From: Guillardia theta CCMP2712
Lineage: Eukaryota; Protista; Cryptophyta
DNA: 57,643 nucleotides
Direction of reading: 5' to 3'
Assembly: GCF_000315625.1 (NCBI RefSeq)
Contig: NW_005434474.1
Location: 1-57,643, forward strand
Shown here: positions 47,364 through 57,643 of the stretch, piece after piece
Position numbering within the stretch: the first letter of the stretch is position 1
Layout: each line of letters starts with the position of its first letter
Translations under genes and position numbers: made by a program
The notes under the pieces: model-generated
Told to the model about the DNA's origin: nothing
What the model saw: only the letters and a program-made list of their open reading frames with translations
Database searches by the model: none

Positions 47364-50300
47364 ATGTCTGTCTTCAGGAACGCGTCCATGGAGCCCATGG
47401 TTCCGAGGAGGATGCTGGAGGAAGCAAACAAGGGGTTGCATCGGCTGAAGAAGAAGTTAGAAGAGCAGAATGCTCTGAACAGGAAAGAGATGGAAGATGC
47501 ACTGCGATCGATGCAGTATCAGATAAGGACGTTGCAGACTCAAGCAAGAACCTCTGAAGAACAGCTGAAGAGAGCTCTTGCACGTGAGAAAGATCTTCGA
47601 GGCCAACTCACTCACCAGGACGTGGATGATGTGTTCTTCAAACTCCGCAAAGAGACTGAAGATTTGAGGAGAGAAAACGATGCTCTAAGGCAGATCGAGA
47701 TTGAGTACGCTACCTTCAAAGCAAGTTCTCAGGATCAATCAGCTGAGATAGAATTTCTGAAAGAAAAGTTACGCAGAGTACAAAGCGATAGCTCATCCCG
47801 ATTAGAAATGTTGCAACATGAGAAAGAGAGGCTTGTGCAGACCTCAATAGCTGATCAAGAGCAGATGAAATCAGAATTTTTACGGTTACAGTCAGAGTTG
47901 GAAGGAAAGTTGCTGAGTCTAGAGCGGAAGAATGAAGAATTGACAGCAGACCAAAATGGAAGATCGCGGGAGTCAATGGAAACAGAGATTTTGAGGCTGA
48001 AGAATGATGTCGACAAGATGAAACAAACCTTGGTCAACACTGAGATAGAGAAGAACATTCTGAACGAGAAGTATGAGGAGGCAATGTCGAAGTACAAGGA
48101 TCTTGAAAACAAGTCTGAAGGATTGAAAACGTCCAATACTGCATTGAAGGAAGAGTTGTTGTCGAGAGAAGAAGACTTGAAGTCTATGGAAAGCGTCTTG
48201 AATGAATCCCATGAGACTTCTCGGAAGGAAGAGGACGAATATTGCAGGCAGATTGCGGAGCTGACAAGGAAGCTCTCGAGCAACTCGCTGGAACTTCAAA
48301 GGGCTGAAGCTGACGCTGTCTCTCTTCGCGAGCAACTGAACCAGGAGATAAAGAATTCAGAGAATGAGAAGAAGCATCTCCGTGAATCTCTGCGTGAAGA
48401 GCGAGAAAGATACGAGAGGCTGCAGGAGGAGAACTCTAGAACAATCTTTCAGATCACTCAAGCCCATGAACGTACTGAGTTCGCATCAAAAAGAAGAGAA
48501 AGTGAACTGCAATCGAGGATTGAAAATTTATTGAACGAGCTCAGTGAAATGAAGCTCAAGAAAGTTCCAGATCGCGAGACGATGCACAGCTTGGAGGACA
48601 GCAACAAAGAGCAGGAAGTGCTGCGGAACGCTGCTCAGAAGAGCATGAGGTTCATGGAAGGTTTCATGGAGGGATGTTGTATTGCAGAAGTGAGGCTTGA
48701 AAATTCAATCAAGGACATTGAGTACACCTTGACTGATCTCGGTCGCAAAGCCCAAGAGATCATGAAGAAGCTACATGTGGCACAATTCAAGGAAAGGCTA
48801 GAAAGGTCTCAGAAGCTCGTGGTGCAGGATCAGCTCAAACTCTGCCTGCAAGACTCGCAGTCTGTCTTCCAGTCGCTCTCGTCACAAGACAAGCCTGAGG
48901 TGTCAGCAGTCTCAAGCAAAGTTGCGGCCGTAGCGCTGGAGTGCCTCGACCGGATGAGGGCAAGTCAAGAGGATTCGACAAACTCCACGAGCCGCTCGCT
49001 CTCAGCTCCTCCCCTCACCAGGTCCAACACAGCCATCGGCCTGATCCTCGATGGCAGGAAAGTCGGTTCCATTGTACCGGGTAGCCCGGCCTTTGCGTGT
49101 GGACAGATAGAACCAGGAGACGAGATCCTGATGGTGAACGGACAAGCCGTGACTGCTGAGGACGTCATGGGGATGCTGCGAGGAGACGACAGCAACGCGT
49201 CCATTGTCGAGATTGTCTTGACCAAAGTTGATGGGACGAACGAGAAGGTTGTTCTCCCAAAGGTCAGCGTGAGCCTTGTCATCAACAGGCAGAACCTCAA
49301 CCAGTCCCTGACTGACGTCCAAGAGATTCTCATCAGGATGTTCAACGACTCCGAGAACGTGGAGGCTATTCAGTCGCTAGAGAAACTCTCTTTGGCTGTT
49401 CGAGAGATGGACAGGCTCAACTTCGAGGTGGAGATGCAGCAAAGCAACGTCATATCGAGGTACAAGGAGAGCAACGAGCGAATGATCGCGTTTGCCAAGA
49501 GCTGTCTGCTCCACCTCGACTCCACTCATCAGAAGATCCACGACTTTGAGTTCGAGCTTGAACAACAGCTGCAGTCTGCGTGTATGTCTTTCTTCTCCAG
49601 CAGCTCTCCGTCAAAGTGGGACGAAATGGACAAAGAGAGAGTCCAACGGCTCCAGAGCCTGTCAAGAAATCTGCAGGACGAGGTGAGCAAGTATCAAATC
49701 CAGATGATGGAGCTCGAGCAAGACCTGGAGATGGCGAGGGAGAGGGTGAACCGACAAGACAAGGAGATGCAGGTCTTCCTGTCGGCCCAGAACAACTTGA
49801 AGGGTAAAATCTCCCAGCTGCAGAACAGACTGTACGAGAAGGAGAATGAGTTCTCGATGATCCCCTGCGCTGTCCGCCTTGATCTCGAGATCAACTACTC
49901 GGACATCATCTCCGACGAGGAATCCAAGGCCGTCTTCTCCTCCCAGCTCATCGATGATCTCTCCTACGATCTCAACGTCTCTAGAGCGTGTTTTGACATC
50001 GTCTGCTTCTACAGGAGCGCGGGAACGTATGCCCTGCTCAAGATCGCCGGAGAGACCAGTTTCTCCCCTGACGTCTCGTCGCTGTCCGGCCTTGACCTTG
50101 CCCACACTCTCGCAAAGAACGTCGATACCTACGGCTCGAAGATCCGCTCGGGCTCAGCTGGGAAGTTCATAAGGGAGGTGGAGGTCCACGGACCTGTCAC
50201 GGACCTCACGGCGAGGGCTGTTCGCGCCTGCTTGCTGGACATGGAGGGAGAGATCTCCCGCGCAGCCGAAGACCTCAAGAAGAGCTCCGACAAGATGGCA

Positions 50301-51044
50301 GAGCTGCAGGCGGCGCATCGGGCGCAGCTGAAGCAGGAGGAGAAGATCAGAGAAGAGATCGTCGCAGACTGTGAGAAGCGCGTGAGAGCTGCTTCTGTGT
50401 CCTACCAGGAGCAGCTGTCGAAAGCTCTAGAGCGGGAGAAGGAAGACTGGGACAGGAGGTCAAACCTGACGGTATCCAGTCTCCAGGCCCAGATGGAGAA
50501 GGAGAAGGCAAGCCAGGAGCAGAAACAAGCCGAGACTGACAAGCACATGAGGAGCTTCAAGAACGAGATCGGAGATCTGCGAGCTCAGAAGGCCGAGCTC
50601 GAGAACAAGATCGCAAACCTCCACAACAGCCTTGAGGAGGAGAAGGAGCGGGTGGAAATGGCGAGGGACTCGCACGAGAAGCTCAAGGAGGGTTGCAAGA
50701 AAGTGGACGAGATCCTGCTGCCTGAGTTCAGCAGCTGCCTGCTGACTTTGAACAACATCAGCAGCGAGATCAGCTTCTTCCACTCTCACTGCATCCGCGC
50801 AGTCTCACTGTCTGGACATCACGATGCTGGATCGAAGCAGCTCGCAGACGCTCAGAAGAGCAAGGACATGATTGACAAGGACGTCAACGTCCTGCGACTG
50901 CAGCTAGAGGCGCTGTCGCACTTCTCCTACGAAGATCCGTTCCAGCTTGCCAAGGAGATCGAGGAGACGGTGAACTTTGTGGGGGAGGGCAAGAAGGATG
51001 AGGGGAGAAGGAGAAGATTTCTGGTGGAGAACGGAGCATTCTGA
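47364..51044 (+). CDS. 1226-aa coiled-coil protein with central PDZ domain
   Basis: Long uninterrupted ORF with E/K/L/Q-rich heptads. PDZ signature IGLILDGRKVGSIVPGSPAFACGQIEPGDEILMVNG. Confidence 0.88.
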   Translation: MSVFRNASMEPMVPRRMLEEANKGLHRLKKKLEEQNALNRKEMEDALRSMQYQIRTLQTQARTSEEQLKRALAREKDLRGQLTHQDVDDVFFKLRKETEDLRRENDALRQIEIEYATFKASSQDQSAEIEFLKEKLRRVQSDSSSRLEMLQHEKERLVQTSIADQEQMKSEFLRLQSELEGKLLSLERKNEELTADQNGRSRESMETEILRLKNDVDKMKQTLVNTEIEKNILNEKYEEAMSKYKDLENKSEGLKTSNTALKEELLSREEDLKSMESVLNESHETSRKEEDEYCRQIAELTRKLSSNSLELQRAEADAVSLREQLNQEIKNSENEKKHLRESLREERERYERLQEENSRTIFQITQAHERTEFASKRRESELQSRIENLLNELSEMKLKKVPDRETMHSLEDSNKEQEVLRNAAQKSMRFMEGFMEGCCIAEVRLENSIKDIEYTLTDLGRKAQEIMKKLHVAQFKERLERSQKLVVQDQLKLCLQDSQSVFQSLSSQDKPEVSAVSSKVAAVALECLDRMRASQEDSTNSTSRSLSAPPLTRSNTAIGLILDGRKVGSIVPGSPAFACGQIEPGDEILMVNGQAVTAEDVMGMLRGDDSNASIVEIVLTKVDGTNEKVVLPKVSVSLVINRQNLNQSLTDVQEILIRMFNDSENVEAIQSLEKLSLAVREMDRLNFEVEMQQSNVISRYKESNERMIAFAKSCLLHLDSTHQKIHDFEFELEQQLQSACMSFFSSSSPSKWDEMDKERVQRLQSLSRNLQDEVSKYQIQMMELEQDLEMARERVNRQDKEMQVFLSAQNNLKGKISQLQNRLYEKENEFSMIPCAVRLDLEINYSDIISDEESKAVFSSQLIDDLSYDLNVSRACFDIVCFYRSAGTYALLKIAGETSFSPDVSSLSGLDLAHTLAKNVDTYGSKIRSGSAGKFIREVEVHGPVTDLTARAVRACLLDMEGEISRAAEDLKKSSDKMAELQAAHRAQLKQEEKIREEIVADCEKRVRAASVSYQEQLSKALEREKEDWDRRSNLTVSSLQAQMEKEKASQEQKQAETDKHMRSFKNEIGDLRAQKAELENKIANLHNSLEEEKERVEMARDSHEKLKEGCKKVDEILLPEFSSCLLTLNNISSEISFFHSHCIRAVSLSGHHDAGSKQLADAQKSKDMIDKDVNVLRLQLEALSHFSYEDPFQLAKEIEETVNFVGEGKKDEGRRRRFLVENGAF

Positions 51045-51142
51045 ATGAGTTTTGAGATTTTCAATGAAAAAATTCACAACATGGAGATGACTTGTCTGTA
51101 CAAATTTACATCAAAAGATGAGGGGAGGCGAGGAGTGACGGG

Positions 51143-52161
51143 TCAATCGTCCCAGATCTCCGTCATGACTGATACCTGGAGCAGGAGGCGTGAGGTGGCA
51201 AAGGGAGGAGGAGAGGAGGAACCAGTGTGGCGAGGGGGATGGGCTTGGGGAAGGGAGTTGAGTGGACGATGTGCTGCTCAATCTCCTCGAAACTCAATCC
51301 TGCAGGAGAAATCAGCCGTCTCTGTTCAGGGGAGAGGGCGGAAAGAAGCATAGAAACAAAGGATATGAGCAGCAGGAGGGGCAGGGGCAGGGGAAGAGGC
51401 AAGGGCAGAGGCGCTAGGGGAGGGGAAGGAAGTGGTGAATGTGTGTGGTTGAGAATTCACCTGACGATCGCGCTGCTTGTCTCTTCATCTTCAACTTTTC
51501 CTCACGCTTGGTAGCCTGACAAGCGAAATGTGAAATCGAGAAAGAGAAGAGAAGAGAAGAGAAGAGAAGAGAAGAGAAGAGAAGAGAAGAGAAGAGAAGA
51601 GAAGGGTTTAGGGTCTAGGGTTTAAGGCCTGAAAATGAGTTGGGTAACGTGAGTAGGAAGATCAGTGAAAGTGGGGACAGAGAGGGAAGACAGTTAATCA
51701 CCTCAAGCTGAAGATCGAATTCACTTGATTTCCTCAACCATTCCTTTCTTATGTCAACCCACTTCCTCTCCTCTGAAGAACATCTCCATCAGCCTTTCAA
51801 AGCAAACGCCCTCCCTTACCGTCTGTTGCGTCCATGAGGAGTTTGCTGTAATATTCCTGTTCTCGCCCTGGTAATCTACCAATCGACATTATCACTTAAG
51901 CTCCTCTCAGAGTTCTCATCTAGCATTATCGACCGAAATTATCCAAAGATGCAGTTACTCTAACCTCACCTCCACTTCAAAAATCCTCTTCCTCCTCTTC
52001 CTCCTCTTGAACCCCCAGCCTAACACAAATACACACCTCCTCTCTCTAACTGTATGAAATATCATGTTGTCCTAGTTTGTTTCTCCCTTCTATGCTCCTC
52101 TCGCCTTCCGTCTACCGCTCACAGACCCACGTGTTCGGCCTCCTACTGTTCCACAGCACAT
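51143..52161 (-). CDS. Small DUF4050 (Gag1-like clamp) family protein, 7 exons
   Basis: Phase-consistent splicing gives MCCGTVGGRTRGSVS|DENSERSLSDNVD|CKLLMDATD|EERKWVDIRKEWLRKSSEFDLQLE|ATKREEKLKMKRQAARSS|GLSFEEIEQHIVHSTPFPKPIPLATL|VSVMTEIWDD*. W...R..W and PFPxPIPL...v...W are the family hallmarks. Confidence 0.75.
51541..51604. repeat. (AGAGA)n microsatellite followed by telomere-like GGGTTTAGGGTCTAGGGTTT, inside an intron
   Basis: Directly visible. Confidence 0.9.
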
Positions 52162-54446
52162 CCACCGGCCATGGTCCTGCTTCTCTATCTCATCTTCACC
52201 TCCCGCTTTCAGCTCTTTCTTGATCTTCTTCTTCCTTCCCATCCTACATCGTCTGCCCCCCTTCTCCCTCCTTCCTTCGCTTCCTCCTCCATTGCCGCAC
52301 CGTTCACTGTGCTCACACCATAATTTGATTGCGGGCTCGCCTCCGAGTCGGTCAGCAGGCCTAGGCCCGGGCCGGCGCCCTGACGCCGGCGCGGGCCGAC
52401 ATTTATCTGAACTTTTTTAATAAGCTCCTGTGCGCAGTTAAGTAAAGGTATCAGTTAAGTTTGGGGGACAGCAGTCGGCAGCATAAGGGTTGGCTCTCAC
52501 TGTCTTTTCTCTTCTCGCCATCAGAGTCACCAAGCCTCCCCTACTGTTCTCGTACTGATTTTTAACTTAACTTTGAGTAAAAGGTAACGTGAAATGTCTT
52601 TGCGGCAGCTAGCTCAAAAACAATGAAGTAAACTTTTACTCACTACAAAATTAAAATAAAGATGACATAAATTTGTTTTAAAAGGGCTACAACTTTTAAC
52701 TGTGGTACAATATCAACTATAAATATAGTTATAGCGTGTTTCTTATATTATTATAAGTTCCTTCCATTCGACGCCTAAAAAGGGCATAACTTTTTAAAAC
52801 CTATCTCTTCTCGACCTTTTTCCCCTGTAGACTGGGGGAGGGTAGGTGCGGGTGATATGGGGGGGTGGGGGTGAAATCGCAATTGGAGGCAGTCACTATC
52901 ACGGGGTTCAGAGTAGGGGTACTAGTGACTTGAAAATCACCTTGAAAGTGTAGGGTGGGTGGTGTAGGAGTGTAGGGTTTGATTGTGGTAGTGTGGAGTT
53001 GCGCTGGAATTAGAAATTTTTAACAGTAGGGGGTGGGGTTCTAGAAAGGGTGGGGTGAAGGTGGGAAGAGAAGGGGGTCTGTGATCAACTATTGATTGTA
53101 CCGGTGGTGTATAGGAGAATTCTGCTCTGATCAGGGTGGGTATATTTTAATTATTGAGCAGGTATGCCTGAAAGTGGCAGATCCTCAAGTGGGGCAGTGA
53201 GAGTTTATTCACCGACGAGGGGTGGGTAGTAATTGGTAAAACATGGGGTGGTAATATGATGGATGGGTTCAAAGGGAGCCATTCGAAAAGGGGTGGGGTA
53301 GTTGCCTAGACGACAGGATGATGAGACTTTAGGGGTCGCATGAGGTGGTGCGGGGGGTCATGATTCTCATTAGGGACTCCCAGGGGTGGGGTATTGTATA
53401 AAATCCTTTTAGAATGCAAGGGGTACAAGAGCTTGGTATGGGTACTGGGGTGGGTCCGATATGGTAAAGGTGGCACAGCGTGACATGAACACTACGGGGT
53501 ACTTTTAGGACGGAGTAGGGTAGGGTACTGCGGATGGTCCTGTCTTGGGGTACTGGAGTGAGGAAACTGTGTTGCTAGGGGTAGGGGGTAGCCGTAGACC
53601 AGGGGTAGGAATACAGTGGGGGTGGGGTGGAAACCATCAGGCGAACTAAATGGGGCAGCGAGGGATCGAACATGGCGGGAGGGGAGGCAGGAGGGGCAAA
53701 GGAGGAGATAGAGGGAAAGTGACATAGGCAGGAGGAAACAAGTACTTCGATCGAGAGGATCGTAGAAGGTTCTAATCTTTGTGATGATATTCTAGAGCAT
53801 TTTCTCCAGAGGATGGAATTGCTTTTTGAGAACGAAAACTTCCAGGGATCTTGATAGGGAGGGATCATACGTTGAGTGAATCAATGAAGAGGTGCGGTAT
53901 ATCTTCGCAATGATATCATCATGTATGATAGATGACTTGCACAATTCGCAACATAGGGGAAGTCCAAGAGAGTCATCAGGCACGTTTTGGCCCATGAATT
54001 CAACTTTCCCGGCAGCAACCTAGTATTCCAGAGTTTAATTTGTGTGCAACCTTGAAAATCAGCACCGTATGCTTGAGGGTAGAAGCATTAGGGCCCTGGC
54101 TCTGTGAACAAAGGAAGTCTATGCATAGATGATGATTTTATACGGGTGAATCAGGCAGGTCAAAGTTCCTCTGTCCAAAGATTTTCCCCTGTTCATGACA
54201 TCCTTGACCTGAACCCAAGAGAAAATTCGCGATTGCTAGATGTGCATGTATGATACGGAGCACTGATGATTGTTTGGCTCAGGTGCGAAGGTTGGTTATA
54301 TCAGATTTGAGAAGTTTCGAGTTGTGCCGGAAAGGGGTGATACAAGGCTGTCGCTGGGAGCTTGATCAGGTTCAACTGCAATGCGCTGATGACGACCACG
54401 GAGTGAGAGATGGTCTAGGGGCATCGGGTAGGGAGATCTCTTCACC

Positions 54447-57400
54447 ATGGATCCTTCTACGCCCTCCCAGCTGGACCAACCGGGGATGCGGGGAAGGTGC
54501 GAGGGAGTTGTGTAAGGGGGTTTGATGGTTGACCGGGGGTCTAGCATTGGCAGTGCTCTCCTTCAGAACGTCAGGATAAATCGCTTCACTGTCGGCGATC
54601 AAGGTGCAATCCTCTCCTCCTCATGGTCCTTCCAGCTGACTGCCAGCGCGCGCAGAGTTTGAGTTGCCCGACAAGTACATCTTCGAAAGGGATCTTGGGA
54701 AGGGAGCTTATGGGTTTGTCTGCTGCTGCCGGGTGATGTTCTAGTTTACAGCAGGAGGGGGATATGCTGAACGGCGATGACGCTGCAGGTTCAAGAATCA
54801 GGAGAACAGGTCGCTGTGAAGAAAGTCAAGATTCTGGACGAAATTACAGAAGCCCGGAGGTACAACCTGATTGCTACAGCCTGCTAGGTCTGATGACAGA
54901 CTTGATACACAGAGTCTTCCGAGAGATAAAGATTCTCAGGAACCTAAGTCACGTCAACGTGCTCGCAATCTCAGAAATTTTTGCCGTGAGTTCCTCTACG
55001 AGAGAGCTGACGGAATCTCTGAATCTGCCGCAGCCCATGTGTTATGAGGACTTCACTGCTGTATTCATTGTTACCGATTTTTATCCTGCGGACTTGTCTC
55101 AGGCACTGATTCCTTGTATTCCCCCTTCCATTGCTTACCGATCATGGTCCACTGCAGATCATTAGGTCACCCCAGCAACTCACTGACGTGCACGTTCAAA
55201 CGTTCATGTACCAGCTGCTCAGGTGGACCAGCGGTCGGGAGGGTTCAGAGCAGAGTTGGTGACTTTTGAGGGCAGGGGATTGAAGTATATCCACAGTGCA
55301 AATGTATTGCACAGAGATCTGAAACCCAACAATATTTTGGTGACGCCGACGAATCCCCGTTTCCTTGCACATTGCCCGCTCCCTCTTCCTTGTTCCTCCC
55401 CACCTTACCCGAGTCTCCTTCCCCTCTCCAATCCTCCCTTCTCCCTTCTCCCTTCTCCCTTCTCCTTTTTTATCCCTTCTCCCTTCTCCTTTTTTATCCC
55501 TCCTCCCTTTCCTTTCTCTCTATCCCCTATACTATTTCCGTCTCCCCCTCGCTTTCCCCGTCCTCCTCCCCCTTTCTCCTCCCTTGTCCATAGGACTTTC
55601 TTGTGATTGCCCGTCAGGTCAATCGTGATTGCGATCTTGCCATCTGTGACTTTGGCCTCGCGCGCATGACGAGTGAGTGGAGCCTCGAGTGAGGCAGCAG
55701 GGGGGATGTCACTCATGGCAACTACGCAGACGAGTCGGACATGGACAAGGAAATGACTCAATACGTCGTTACAAGGTGATGGAGAGGGGGGTGATGGAGA
55801 GGAGGAGCAGGAGGGGAAGAGGAGGAGCAGGAGGTGAAGAAGAGAAGGAGGGACAGGGACAAGATAGAAGGGGGGGGGGGGGGAGGGCGGGAGAGTGGAG
55901 GAGGAGGAGGAGGAGGAGAGTTTGCGCAGCTCACGGACTTGAAGATGGTATCGCGCGCCCGAGCTGATCATGCTGGCCAAGGACTACACTTCTGCCATCG
56001 ACATCTGGTCAGCAGGTTGAAATCGCTTCTCTCCTGCTCCATGGCCCCGGTGATGTTGAAGACCGCAGGATGTATCATGGCAGAGCTTCTTTCACGACGG
56101 CCTCTCTTCCCCGGGGCTGACTACGTGAAGCAGCTAGAGGTGCGAGAAGGAAGGCAGGGAGGAAGGGGGAGAGGGAGAGGGAGAGGGAGAGGGAGAGGAA
56201 GAAGAAGTTGAAGAGATGGGGGAGGAGGAGGAGGACTGAAACGTGTGATGCAGTACATCATCAACTATCTTGGGACGCCGACAAAAGAAGATTTAGAAGC
56301 AACATCAGGCAACGAGCGCGCGTCCAAGGTGATGAAGGACTGGAACAGGGCGGAGGAAGGGCAAGGGTTTGAGGGAGGGAACAGAGGTAGAGAGGGAGAA
56401 AAAGGAGAGAGAAGCGAGGAGCGAGGAGCAGAAAGAATGAGGAAGGAGAAGATTTCTAGTCGCCGTGAACTGACAGTCTGTTGTCAGTATGCTGCTTCTC
56501 TGGGCAATGGACAAAATAACGCGATCCCGCATTACTTTCAACACTGCAACCCCATGGTAAAATGCCCGAGTGAGAGGCAGGGAGCAAGTGTAGTGGGGAG
56601 GGAGGAGGTAGTGGGGAGGGAGGAGGAACGAGCAGAGGGGGAGGAGGAGAGGAAGAGCAGGGGAGGGGAGGGAGGTAGGGGAGAGGAAGGTAGGGGAGAG
56701 GAGGGAAAGGGAGTGAGGTAGGGAGGATGGGGAGAAGGGAGGGAAGGAAGAGGAGGAGGAGGATAGGCAAAGGGGAGCTGAAGAGGAGAGTGTTGCTGCT
56801 GACGAGACGGTCAGGCTGTCGACCTTCTTTGCAAGATGCTCACCTTCAATCCCAAGTGAGTTGACGTGAAGCTGAGGGGAACGAGAGATAGAGAGCGAGG
56901 AAGAGGGGAGAACAGCGGGGAGGAAGTAAAGGGATTTGTAAGGAAAGGAGGGGGGGGAGGGGAAGAAGGGAGACGAGGGCGAGGAGAGAGGGAGGGAAGG
57001 AAGAGGAGGGAGGACAAGGAGAAGGGAAGAGGGGGAAGTGAGAGGAGGGAAGAAGTCAATCTGACAGCCTGTGGTCTGCAGGAACCGCATCACGGCAGTG
57101 GATGCGCTGGAGCATCCGTACCTGAGTGAAGTCAGAGACCGCGGGAACGAGCCGGTCGCCTCCTCCCCTCTCAACGTGCAGGAGTTCGAGGTGAGGGCAG
57201 AGGTAGAGCCCTGCTGGGGTTGATGCTGGTGGGGCAGGAAGTGGAGAAGTCGGACATCTCATACGAGCAAGTGAAGAGGATGATATGGGAGGAAGTGCAA
57301 AGATTCCACGATCAGCAGCGAAGACAATCCCAGGAGGCGGCGGCAATGCAGGTGAATATGGTGAACATGGAGGAGGAGGAGGAAGGGGGGGGGGGGCGGG

Positions 57401-57632
57401 AGGGATAGAGTTGGAGATGATGACGATAATGAGGTTAATTATGATGATGATGAGGAGGAGGGGGGGGTTGGTGGTGATATAGACGATAGTGATCGCGATG
57501 AGGATGATGTGGTTGATATGGATGGTTTGTCCCCTGCTCTTCTGTTTATCCAGATGACTCGTCTGAAAATCATTGCAGGCTTTCAAGGTGCAGCAGATGA
57601 TTGCGGGAGAAGAAACGATGTCGGTGGACTAG
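54447..57632 (+). CDS. Mitogen-activated protein kinase (ERK-type) with TQY activation loop, multi-exon
   Basis: MDPSTP...[10 protein letters not shown]|VAVKKV|[16 protein letters not shown]|[21 protein letters not shown]|[16 protein letters not shown]|MTQYVVTR|WYRAPEL...[13 protein letters not shown]...PLFPG|MLTFNP|[14 protein letters not shown]. Last exon [17 protein letters not shown]. Confidence 0.96.
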
Positions 57633-57643
57633 AACTTGTTGCT

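Noticed and set aside
51045-51353. Additional 3' exons of the PDZ gene
   Set aside because: The interval is better explained by the last exons of the minus-strand DUF4050 gene.
53700-54400. Possible gene or TE fragment upstream of the MAPK
   Set aside because: Only short open frames, with no recognisable motif or consistent splice pattern.

Overview
Eukaryotic nuclear DNA next to a chromosome end, which lies to the left. Inferred from Arabidopsis-type TTTAGGG repeats, ~50-nt GT-AG introns, microsatellite-filled introns and a bipartite plastid leader, this is probably a cryptophyte alga like Guillardia theta. Positions 1-4940 are a stack of related, progressively decayed retroelement-like units separated by (CCCTAAA)n tracts. 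They include hairpin-monomer tandem repeats at the proximal unit ends, an ORF1-like (RRM-like) ORF, and a 3'-end fragment with AATAAA plus a (TAA)n tail. Directly inside lies a tail-to-tail pair of heavily spliced CBA1-like (cobalamin acquisition / BtuF-type binding protein) paralogues that the ORF track does not show; I rebuilt them by manual splicing. The rest is a gene-dense region: an ankyrin pseudogene, a plastid-targeted EF-hand protein, a GBP/atlastin-family GTPase with a long coiled coil, a type II membrane protein, a COQ10-like gene, a Nup205/192-like gene, an FNBP4-like WW protein, a PDZ coiled-coil protein, a DUF4050 protein and a MAPK with an unusual TQY activation loop. Intergenic regions share a strand-polarised GGGGTGGG motif and a dispersed ~33-bp element. 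All exon structures and homologies come from reading the sequence by eye and have not been checked against databases.
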